Assembly (NCBI GenBank): GCA_030748895.1
Contig: JASMLC010000003.1
Coordinates: 78,594-142,593, forward strand
Source of the DNA: Candidatus Poseidoniia archaeon
GTDB lineage: Archaea; Thermoplasmatota; Poseidoniia; MGIII; CG-Epi1
DNA length: 64,000 nucleotides
Reading direction: 5' to 3'
The notes under the pieces were generated by a model, which ran no database searches, was not told the origin of the DNA, and was given only the letters and a program-made list of their open reading frames with translations. This document shows, in pieces, positions 20,185 to 27,939 of the stretch. Position numbers and translations under genes: made by a program. Numbering within the stretch: the first letter of the stretch is position 1; every line of letters starts with the position of its first letter.

Positions 20185-21438
20185 GTGCTGCCGCGAGGAC
20201 TATTCCGCATCTACGGTCTCGTGCTGGGCAACCTGCTGCTGCTGATGGGGGGGCAGCTGGCGTATCTCTATTTCGTCCCGCTGGAGCAGGACGGCACGCC
20301 GCTGCTGCTGCCCGCGGTGCCGCTGCTGCCCTACTTCATGCTCATCATGCTCTGCTCGGGCGCGCTCATCGTCGGGGCGCTGCTACAGAAGATGCCGCGG
20401 CCGCTGCTCTTCATCCCGTCGCGGAAGGGCGGCGGGCTGCCGCCCTTCCGCGGCTACTTCCTGCCGGGGCAGGGCGAGCGCTACTACCATCGCGAACTCC
20501 CCGAGGACGACCTGCCACTGCCCGAGATGGCGCCGCCCGAGGAGCTGGCGGAGCCGCCCTGGATTCAGCCCGTCCCGAGCCAGCCACTCGAGCTGCCGGC
20601 GGCGAAATGGCTGCTGCTCGGCTTCCTGATGGCGATTGCGCTGGGGGTCGCGGTGCTGGCCGAAAAGGGCGAATTCCTGTTGCTCTTTCCGCTGGCGTTC
20701 GTCGCCGCCTTCTCCTTCCCGGCGCTACTCTGGGTGAGCTATATCTACCGCCGCACGCACAGCGGGCCCGAGCCGCAGCGGATGGTGCTGATTGCGCTCT
20801 CGTGGGGCATGTTCGCGACGCTGCCGGCGAGCCTGCTGAACGATGCCGGCGGGCGGCTGCTGGGCGCCGACCCGATGCTGATGCTCGAGGGCGGCGCGCT
20901 CGGCCGGGCCGAAATCCTGCTGGTGACGGTAGTCGCGCCGCTGGTCGAGGAGGCGCTAAAGCCGCTCGGCCTGCTGTTCGTGATGAGCCGGCTGCGGACG
21001 CCGTACGAGGGGGTGCTCTACGGCGCCGCGTGCGGGATGGGGTTCGCGATGATGGAGAACATGCTGTACGACCTGCTGGTGCTGATATGGTACGGCGCCG
21101 ACGCCTGGACCATCAACGCCTTCGCGCGCGGCGTCGGCTCGACCGTGCTGCACGCGGTCGGCCCGGCGCTGGTCGGCTTCGCGCTGGCGCTGTCGCGCAA
21201 CGGCGACTGGCCGGCGAACCGGGTCGTGCCGGCCGCCTATCTCGGCGGTGTCATCATCCACGGCGCCTGGAACGGCGCCGCGACGCTGCCGTTCATCTTC
21301 CCCGACGACCCGCAGATGGCGACCAACTCGTGGGTCGCGCTGGGGCTGGTACTGGTCGCCTGCCTGCTGCTGGTGCGCGAGCTGCTCCGCCGCGGGCTGG
21401 CGTATGACGAGCCGCAGCCGCCGCAGCCTGAACCCTGA
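20185..21438 (+). CDS. PrsW family intramembrane glutamic protease
   Basis: APLVEEALK, GFAMMEN, VLH and IHGAWN motifs; multiple TM helices. Confidence 0.87.
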   Translation: MLPRGLFRIYGLVLGNLLLLMGGQLAYLYFVPLEQDGTPLLLPAVPLLPYFMLIMLCSGALIVGALLQKMPRPLLFIPSRKGGGLPPFRGYFLPGQGERYYHRELPEDDLPLPEMAPPEELAEPPWIQPVPSQPLELPAAKWLLLGFLMAIALGVAVLAEKGEFLLLFPLAFVAAFSFPALLWVSYIYRRTHSGPEPQRMVLIALSWGMFATLPASLLNDAGGRLLGADPMLMLEGGALGRAEILLVTVVAPLVEEALKPLGLLFVMSRLRTPYEGVLYGAACGMGFAMMENMLYDLLVLIWYGADAWTINAFARGVGSTVLHAVGPALVGFALALSRNGDWPANRVVPAAYLGGVIIHGAWNGAATLPFIFPDDPQMATNSWVALGLVLVACLLLVRELLRRGLAYDEPQPPQPEP

Positions 21439-21463
21439 TATAGTGCCGGTAAATGCAGCCCAG

Positions 21464-21582
21464 CCCGCCTTAGCTCAGACTGGCTAGAGCGGCCGGCTGT
21501 AGGGGTTAAACCTGAAGTCCCGTGAGAACGGGAGGCCGCAGATACCGGCAGGTCCCCGGTTCAAATCCGGGAGGCGGGACCA
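21464..21582 (+). tRNA. tRNA-Tyr(GTA) with a 41-nt intron (21503-21543) at position 37/38; CCA encoded
   Basis: Acceptor stem CCCGCCT/AGGCGGG, anticodon stem GCCGG/CCGGC, GTA at 21499-21501, T-loop GGTTCAAATCC, and a bulge-helix-bulge motif (CTGT/GCAG helix with AGG and ATA bulges). Confidence 0.93.
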
Positions 21583-21610
21583 GTTCTACTTTTATAGCGG
21601 TCGTCGAGAA

Positions 21611-22345
21611 CTATTCGGCCGTCACGCCGCCATCGACCGCGACAATCGACCCGGTGGTCCAGCCCGCTTCCGGGCCGCAAAGGTGCAGCGCCATCGCGGC
21701 GATTTCTGCCGGCTGGCCCATGCACCCCATCGGCTGCACGCCCTCCATTTCGGCGCGGTCTTCGGTCCCGGCGTCAATGCGGTCGGTCGCCATCGGCGTC
21801 TCGACCACCGCGGGGCAGATGCAGTTGACACGCACGCGCGGCGCCAGCTCAAGCGCCATCGCGCGCGTCAGGTTCACGAGCCCGCCCTTAGCGGCGCAGT
21901 AGGCGGCCGCGTCGGGGATGCCGCGCAGGCCGAGCGTCGAGCCGATGTTCAGGATGCAGCCGCCGTCCGGCACCAGCGGCAGCAGCGCCCGCGATACGAG
22001 CCACGGCCCCTTCAGGTTGGTGTCGACAACCGTGTCCCAGTCCGCTTCGCTGGTCGTCGTGGCAGAGCCCGGCAGGAACAGCCCAGCGTTGTTGACGACT
22101 ATATCGACCCGCTCGAACTCCGCTTCGAGCCATTTCGCCAGCGTCGCGACGCTGTCGCGGTCAGAGACGTCGGCGACCATCCACTGCGCCCCGCAGGCGG
22201 CCACGGTTTCGCGCAGTGGCGCGTCGCGCCGGCCGCAGATGGCGACGCGCGCGCCTTCCGCGGCGAACCGCTCGGCGATGGCGCGGCCGATGCCGGTGCC
22301 GCCGCCGGTCACGAGCGCGACCTTGCCGTCGAGCGTTCCGCCCAT
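21611..22345 (-). CDS. SDR family oxidoreductase (FabG-like)
   Basis: TGGGTGIG, NNAG, YCAAK and VDGG. Confidence 0.92.
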   Translation of the reverse strand: MGGTLDGKVALVTGGGTGIGRAIAERFAAEGARVAICGRRDAPLRETVAACGAQWMVADVSDRDSVATLAKWLEAEFERVDIVVNNAGLFLPGSATTTSEADWDTVVDTNLKGPWLVSRALLPLVPDGGCILNIGSTLGLRGIPDAAAYCAAKGGLVNLTRAMALELAPRVRVNCICPAVVETPMATDRIDAGTEDRAEMEGVQPMGCMGQPAEIAAMALHLCGPEAGWTTGSIVAVDGGVTAE

Positions 22346-22439
22346 GCTGCGCCAGCGCGCCCTGTCATAAAGGCGGCGCGGCGAACTCGCCGCACCGCCG
22401 TGCGGGACAAGGTTAATCCCCGGCGCAGGCTGGCGGAGT

Positions 22440-23690
22440 GTGCGATTCCTGCTGTTGGCAACGCTGCTCGGGCTGGCGCTGCTGGCGCTCGCGCCGCAGG
22501 CCGAGGCGCTCGAGCGGCTGCACAGCTACTACGAGCTGCGCGACGACACCGAGGCGCTGGCGGCGCAGTACCCTGAACTGGCAGTCTACAGCGAGCACGG
22601 CAGCAGCGCCGGGCCGCTCGGGCTCGCCATCTTTTCGGTCGACGTCGCGCTGAACATTACCACGCTCCCCGAGGCGGAGCTGGCGGCGCTGCCGACCTTC
22701 TACATCGACGGCGCGCACCACGGCAATGAAGGCATGTCCTCCGAAGCGGCGTTCCTGTTCCTGCAGGACGTGCTCGAGCGGTCGACGGCCGACCCCGCCT
22801 ACCTGGCGGGCAAGCGGCTGGTGGTGACGCCTATCATGAATACCGACGGCCACCTGCAGGACTGCCGCAACAACTGGAACGGCGTCGACCTGAACCGCAA
22901 CTACCCCTGGATGTGGGGCGCCTACGGCACCAGCGACACCCGCGGCTCCTGCCCCGCGTCGGGCACCTACCGTGGTCCCAGCGCCGGGAGCGAGGGTGAG
23001 ACGCAGGACAACATGGCGCTGATGCGCAGCCTGAACGTCTACGCCTACTTCTCGGGCCACACCGGCTCCAACGACATCGTGCTGCCGTGGAAGATTACCG
23101 GCGATTTCGCGGTGCCAATTGCCGACTGGGCGCTCTACGAACGCTTCCTGAACGAGTCGGCCAACGTCTCGGGGCTCTCCTACCGCGACCCGTCGGGCGC
23201 CGGCGAATCGATTGCGTGGGGCTACGGCGCCCGCGGCGCCATCAGCCTGATTGTCGAAGTTACCACCCTGCAGTGGTCGCCCATCGAGGATTCGACGCTG
23301 CGGCAGGAGCTGGCGAACGAGCTGCTGATGTACGACATGGCGTGGGAAAATCTGCTGAAACTGGGCGGCCGCCCGGTGGTCGTCGCCACCGGCCCCGGTG
23401 AAATCACGGTGCGCAACGACGGCTGGGGCGCCGCCTACAATCTCTCGGCCGGCGGCATTATCCTTGCGCGACTGGAGCCGGGCGAGACCGCCACGGTCGA
23501 CTGGCACGACTCGCAGCTGCGCTACGAGCGCATCCTGCGCAGCGCGGAGCGCGACGTGGACGCCGACGGGGTGGTGCTGCTCGAAGTCGGCACGCCGCTT
23601 CCAGATATCCCGAACCAGCCGGCGCCGGCGGTCTCGCTGCTGACCGCGCTGGCGGCGGTCGGGCTCGCCGCCGCGGGGCGGCGGCGATAG
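22440..23690 (+). CDS. Secreted M14 zinc carboxypeptidase with C-terminal membrane anchor
   Basis: Signal peptide; HGNE, NGVDLNRNYP and SGHT motifs; C-terminal PAPAVSLLTALAAVGLAAAGRRR resembling a PGF-CTERM sorting tail. Confidence 0.85.
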   Translation: MRFLLLATLLGLALLALAPQAEALERLHSYYELRDDTEALAAQYPELAVYSEHGSSAGPLGLAIFSVDVALNITTLPEAELAALPTFYIDGAHHGNEGMSSEAAFLFLQDVLERSTADPAYLAGKRLVVTPIMNTDGHLQDCRNNWNGVDLNRNYPWMWGAYGTSDTRGSCPASGTYRGPSAGSEGETQDNMALMRSLNVYAYFSGHTGSNDIVLPWKITGDFAVPIADWALYERFLNESANVSGLSYRDPSGAGESIAWGYGARGAISLIVEVTTLQWSPIEDSTLRQELANELLMYDMAWENLLKLGGRPVVVATGPGEITVRNDGWGAAYNLSAGGIILARLEPGETATVDWHDSQLRYERILRSAERDVDADGVVLLEVGTPLPDIPNQPAPAVSLLTALAAVGLAAAGRRR

Positions 23691-23804
23691 CGCAACCTCT
23701 CTGGCCTCGCCCTGCTCGGCCAGCGGTTGCTGACTGCGCTGGCGGCGGCGACGTTAGCGCAGCGCGCCGTCAGCCTTTTTGACCCCCTGCCCTGCGGCCG
23801 CTGC

Positions 23805-24590
23805 ATGCCTATCGAGACACGCGACGAAGGGACGGTGCGAGTCATCACGCTCAACCGGCCCGCGAAGCTGAACGCGCTGACACTGGAAATGGCGATTGAT
23901 ATCTGCAACGCGGTCGAAGCCGCGGCGGCCGACGCGTCGGTGCGCTGCCTGCTGCTGACCGGCAGCGGCCGCGCCTTCTCGAGCGGCGGTGACGTCGACG
24001 AGATGGGCGAGCACCTGCCGCGCGCGGGCGAGCTGTTCTACCAGCTGACCGACCAGCTGCACGACACTGTCAGCGCGATGCTGACGATGCGAAAGCCGGT
24101 CGTCACCGCCATCAACGGCATCGTCGCCGGCGGCGCTATCGGCATAGCGCTGGCGGGCGATGTGCGCATCGCCGCCGAGTCGGCGCAGTTGCTCTCGGCG
24201 CACCTCAAGCGCGGCTTCGTCCCGGCGGGCGGCGCGACCTACCTGCTGCCGCGTCTCATCGGCCTCAGCCGCACGCAGGCGCTCTTCTTCGGCGGGCGCA
24301 CCCTCACCAGCGCCGAGATGCGCGAGTGGGGGCTGGTGCACCACCTAGTCCCCGACGGGGAGCTGGCGGAGTTCGCGATGGCGGAGGCGCAGCGGCTCGC
24401 CGCCGGGCCGACGCAGGCGATGGGCGAAACCAAGCGGCTGCTGGCGGCGGCCGACAACCTCACCGCCGAGGAGCAGCTCGAGCTGGAGAGCGAGCGCAAC
24501 CGCGATTCAGGCAACGAAGGCGACGCGGTCGAGGGCATCACCGCCTTCCTCGAGAAGCGCGAGCCGGAGTTCGGCCGCGCAGAAAATTAA
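23805..24590 (+). CDS. Enoyl-CoA hydratase/isomerase family protein (PaaG-like)
   Basis: ITLNRPAKLNAL, AFSSGGD, AINGIVAGG and EGITAFLEKREP. ATG 23805. Confidence 0.88.
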   Translation: MPIETRDEGTVRVITLNRPAKLNALTLEMAIDICNAVEAAAADASVRCLLLTGSGRAFSSGGDVDEMGEHLPRAGELFYQLTDQLHDTVSAMLTMRKPVVTAINGIVAGGAIGIALAGDVRIAAESAQLLSAHLKRGFVPAGGATYLLPRLIGLSRTQALFFGGRTLTSAEMREWGLVHHLVPDGELAEFAMAEAQRLAAGPTQAMGETKRLLAAADNLTAEEQLELESERNRDSGNEGDAVEGITAFLEKREPEFGRAEN

Positions 24591-24604
24591 ACTTCTATAG
24601 TCGC

Positions 24605-24680
24605 TGGCGGGCCCGGGGGGATTTGAACCCCCGTATCTGGGTCCGAAGCCCAGCAGGATTCCGGACTACCTCACGGGCCC
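24605..24680 (-). tRNA. tRNA-Arg(TCG); CCA encoded
   Basis: Reverse complement reads GGGCCCG...CTGGG CT TCG GA CCCAG...GGTTCAAATCC...CGGGCCCG CCA. Confidence 0.93.
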
Positions 24681-24703
24681 GGGCGCGGATTATGGGGGGT
24701 GCT

Positions 24704-25324
24704 TTAGGCTTGGGGGAGGCGCGCCACGACCCCCGCGACGCGCGGCAGCTCAATGACCGCCAGCACGCGCTGCCGCTCCGCGCACGCCTCGCGCAGTCGT
24801 TGCGCCATCTCCGTCTCGCGGCCGCGCTCGACGGCGGCGTAGCCGCTGAGGCCGCACAGGTGGCGGTCCATTTCGAGCGCGAGTTCCTGCGGCGTCCCGG
24901 CTTCGAAGCCGCGTTTGCGGAGCCGCTTCTCGAGCCGGTCGCAGCGGAACCACTGCCAGGTCGAGACCGATTCCGTGAACAGCGCTGTGAACTCCTCCTC
25001 GGGCAGGTCGAGTGGCTCCACGGGGACGCCGGCGTCATCGGCCAGCGATAGTGCGCGGCGGAGGGCGGGCGGCGGAAGGCGCACGCCGGCGGCGCCCGCC
25101 ACCTGGCGCAGCGCCAAGCCATATAATTCCTCCCAGCCCGAGATGTCGAACGGCTCGCCGTCCCACTCGCGCAGCCCCGCCACTTCGCCGGGGCTGACGG
25201 CCAGCGCCAGCGCCTCTGGCTTCGCAGAGGCCCACGCCGCCTCCAGCTCCGGCAGCTCGCTCGCGAGCCCCTTGACGGTCGGGAAGATGGCGAGCGCGCA
25301 GTCGCCCAGCTTGAGCCGCTCCAT
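24704..25324 (-). CDS. Hypothetical protein (possibly TraB/GumN-like fold)
   Basis: Protein-like composition; PEALALAVS and ERGRETEMAQRL...VLAVIE loosely recall TraB-like proteins. Confidence 0.6.
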   Translation of the reverse strand: MERLKLGDCALAIFPTVKGLASELPELEAAWASAKPEALALAVSPGEVAGLREWDGEPFDISGWEELYGLALRQVAGAAGVRLPPPALRRALSLADDAGVPVEPLDLPEEEFTALFTESVSTWQWFRCDRLEKRLRKRGFEAGTPQELALEMDRHLCGLSGYAAVERGRETEMAQRLREACAERQRVLAVIELPRVAGVVARLPQA

Positions 25325-25401
25325 CGCCCGCGCAAGCGCGCAGCGCTAAAAGATGCGGCTATCCATCAGGGGCGGCGGGTCGCCTGACGGGGATTCGCGG
25401 T

Positions 25402-25521
25402 TCAGCCCAGCTTCGCGCTACAGCTGTGGGCGCTGCGGCAATCACGGCAAAGCATCGCTGAACAGCCGCGGCAAGCGGTGAGGGCGGGCGCGCCACACTC
25501 GGCGCAGAGGCCGGCTCGCAT
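25402..25521 (-). CDS. 39-aa zinc-finger microprotein
   Basis: Manual translation MRAGLCAECGAPALTACRGCSAMLCRDCRSAHSCSAKLG*, with CxxC-x7-CxxC-x4-CxxC-x3-HxC. Below the ORF-track length cutoff. Confidence 0.7.
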   Translation of the reverse strand: MRAGLCAECGAPALTACRGCSAMLCRDCRSAHSCSAKLG

Positions 25522-25569
25522 GAGGGGCGAGGCGCAAACCCTAATTTAGCATGGAGGCTGCCGCGCTCC

Positions 25570-25866
25570 GTGTTCAGGGCGAAGAGGATTACCGTGTTCC
25601 TGCCGGGCGACGGCGAGACGCAGGTCTTCGAGAAAGTGAAGTTCCAGTCGAACCCCGAGGTGGGGGTGCTGGCGGTTTTCCCCGGCGAAGGCAAGGAGGC
25701 GCTGGTCTTCTCCGGCCTGAGCTTCCGCATCGAGATGGACGAGAAAGGCGCCAAGGAGTCGTTCGAGATGGCCGAGAAGGCGCACTCGGTCTCGCGCGAG
25801 CAGATGAAGCAGATGTTCGAGCGCGAGTCGGGGCAGGGCGACCGCTTCAGCTCCAGCTTCGGGTAG
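25570..25866 (+). CDS. Hypothetical protein
   Basis: Fills the gap before the HAD gene; GC3-rich codon usage; TAATTTAG box upstream. Confidence 0.65.
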   Translation: MFRAKRITVFLPGDGETQVFEKVKFQSNPEVGVLAVFPGEGKEALVFSGLSFRIEMDEKGAKESFEMAEKAHSVSREQMKQMFERESGQGDRFSSSFG

Positions 25867-25868
25867 CC

Positions 25869-26510
25869 ATGGCGCTGAAGCTCGTCGTCTTCGACATGGA
25901 CGGAACGCTGCTGCGCCCCAAGTCGTCGTGGGGGCTGCTGCACGACCATTTCGGCACCGACAATTCCGAGATGCTCGCGCGCTACCTGCGGCACGAGGTG
26001 AGCGACACCGAGTTCGTCGCCACCGACCTTGCGCTCTGGGCCGCCGCCAACGGCGGCCCGGTTGATGCGGCGACGGTCAACGCCGCGCTCGACCGCGCCG
26101 AACTGCTGCCGGGCGCTGCCGAGGCGGTCGCCGGCCTGCACACGACGGGAATCGCGACTGCGATTATCTCGGGCGGCATCGATTATCTCGCCCAAAAGCT
26201 GGCGGCGGAGTGGGGCATGGCGGAAGCGCACGCCAACCCGCTGTTTGACTCGCCCGCGGGGCTGCAGGGCGATATTCGCGTCAGCGGCCACGCCAAGGCG
26301 CCGGTGATGCGCGGCGTGATGGCGCGCCATCACGCCGCGCGCGACGAGGTAGCGGCGGTCGGCGACACGGTGGTTGACCTGGACCTGTTCGCACTCGCGG
26401 GGACCAGCGTCGCAGTCAACACCGACGACGAGCAGGTCATCGCGGCGGCGACGCACCACCTGCCCGACGAGTCACTCGACGGTTTGCTGGAATTATTGCT
26501 TCCGCGTTAG
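25869..26510 (+). CDS. HAD-IB hydrolase (phosphoserine phosphatase-like)
   Basis: FDMDGTL, IISGG, K and VGDTVVD motifs. ATG 25869. Confidence 0.87.
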   Translation: MALKLVVFDMDGTLLRPKSSWGLLHDHFGTDNSEMLARYLRHEVSDTEFVATDLALWAAANGGPVDAATVNAALDRAELLPGAAEAVAGLHTTGIATAIISGGIDYLAQKLAAEWGMAEAHANPLFDSPAGLQGDIRVSGHAKAPVMRGVMARHHAARDEVAAVGDTVVDLDLFALAGTSVAVNTDDEQVIAAATHHLPDESLDGLLELLLPR

Positions 26511-27827
26511 TAGCGCGCCCAGCAACGCCGCCGCGGCCGCGACCAGCGCCAGCCGGTCCAGTCCTGGTGAGGGCGAGATGGCCCAGAGCGCGAGGCTGAA
26601 GCCGGCGAAGAGCAGCGCGCTCTGCTGCACCACGGCGCGGCGCGACTGTCCCACCTGCAGCATCAGCACCAGCACCAGCGTGAAAGTGAGCGACGCGAGG
26701 CGGAACGGCGCCGCGTAGCCGAGCAGCGTCCAGAGGCTGGTGCCGAGCAGCGGCCCGATGGCACGCGACAGTGCGCCCAGCGACTGGCTCAGTCCCAGCA
26801 CTGTCCCCTGCTCCTGCGGCCCCACCGCGCGCGAAATCAGCGCGTTGAGCGTCGGCTGGATGAAGCCACTGCCGAGCGAGAAAATCGTCGTTGCCAGCGC
26901 AACGCCTTCGAGCGTCGTCGTGTAGGGAATATAGCCCATACCGAGCAGCATCAACAACGCCCCCGCGCGCGAGGTCCATGCTTCGCCGCAGCGGCGCACC
27001 GCGGGGCCGACGAGGCCGCCCTGCGTCACGATGCTGACGCCGCCCATGTAGGCGAACAATACCCCGGATAGCCGCACCGGCAGCCCGATGCGCTCCTTCG
27101 AGAACTCGACGAAGGTGCCGAAGATGATTGAGAACGCCAGCAGGTAGAGCGTGAAGATAACCAGCAGCAGTCCCAGCCGCGGCTGGCGCAGGTAGGCGAG
27201 CGTCTCGCGCAGCGCTTCCCCCGGCGAGACGCGCGGCCGCACCATGTGGTCTGACGGGAGCGACTCGGGCAGCCAGCGCCAGGCGCAGAAGAGGTTCAGC
27301 AGCGCCAGCCCCGACCCGAAAAACGCCGGCAGCCAGAAGCCCCACTGCCCCAGCAGCCCGCCCAGCGCCGGCCCGCAGACAAAACCCAGCCCGAAGGCGA
27401 CGCCGAGCATCCCCATCCCCTGCGCGCGCTCCTCGGGCGGCGTCACGTCCGCCACGTAGGCGTACGCGGCGGCGTAGTTGGCGCTCATCACCCCCAGCAT
27501 GATGCGCGACAGGAACAGCACCCCCAGCAGGAGGCGGTTGTCGTCGCTCAATCCCAGCGCCGGGTCGGCCAGCCCGAACACCGCGTAGGCGACCGCCGCA
27601 CCACCGAGGCCGAGCATGATGACCGGCCGGCGGCCGATACGGTCGCTCAGCCGCCCCCACGCCGGAAGGCAGACGAACTGCGCCAGCGAGAAGGCGGTAA
27701 TCAGCAGGCCGACGGTGAGGATTGTACCGCCCAGTTCGGCCACGATGTAATTCAGCAACGGGATGAACATCGCGAACCCCGCAAGGTCGATGAACATCGT
27801 CAGCATCAGGATGTGGAGCGGCTTCAC
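26493..27827 (-). CDS. MFS transporter (TetA/DHA1-like)
   Basis: Motif A WGRLSDRIGRRPV; AYVADVTPPEERA and GFVCGPALGG; 12 or more TM helices. Confidence 0.9.
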   Translation of the reverse strand: MKPLHILMLTMFIDLAGFAMFIPLLNYIVAELGGTILTVGLLITAFSLAQFVCLPAWGRLSDRIGRRPVIMLGLGGAAVAYAVFGLADPALGLSDDNRLLLGVLFLSRIMLGVMSANYAAAYAYVADVTPPEERAQGMGMLGVAFGLGFVCGPALGGLLGQWGFWLPAFFGSGLALLNLFCAWRWLPESLPSDHMVRPRVSPGEALRETLAYLRQPRLGLLLVIFTLYLLAFSIIFGTFVEFSKERIGLPVRLSGVLFAYMGGVSIVTQGGLVGPAVRRCGEAWTSRAGALLMLLGMGYIPYTTTLEGVALATTIFSLGSGFIQPTLNALISRAVGPQEQGTVLGLSQSLGALSRAIGPLLGTSLWTLLGYAAPFRLASLTFTLVLVLMLQVGQSRRAVVQQSALLFAGFSLALWAISPSPGLDRLALVAAAAALLGALLTRKQ

Positions 27828-27939
27828 CGGCCCCGCAGGCGAGGGGGTGATATCAGGATGCTGCGCCGGCAAAACCGGCGGGATAGAACTTGCTTATATC
27901 CCCATGCGCCCTACCGCGCTCCCCGGGAAGAGGATTATC

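Noticed and set aside
19527-21407. 626-aa ORF and many other long Arg/Ala/Gly-rich ORFs in the track
   Set aside because: These are shadow frames of high-GC genes; they overlap well-supported CDSs and have no recognisable motifs.
21464-24680. Segment between two tRNAs considered as an integrated element
   Set aside because: No integrase, no duplicated tRNA 3' end, host-like composition and ordinary metabolic genes.
25340-25560. GC-rich gap considered as SRP RNA or RNase P RNA
   Set aside because: No SRP helix-8 or RNase P GAGGAAAGTCC signature; better explained by the 39-aa zinc-finger ORF.
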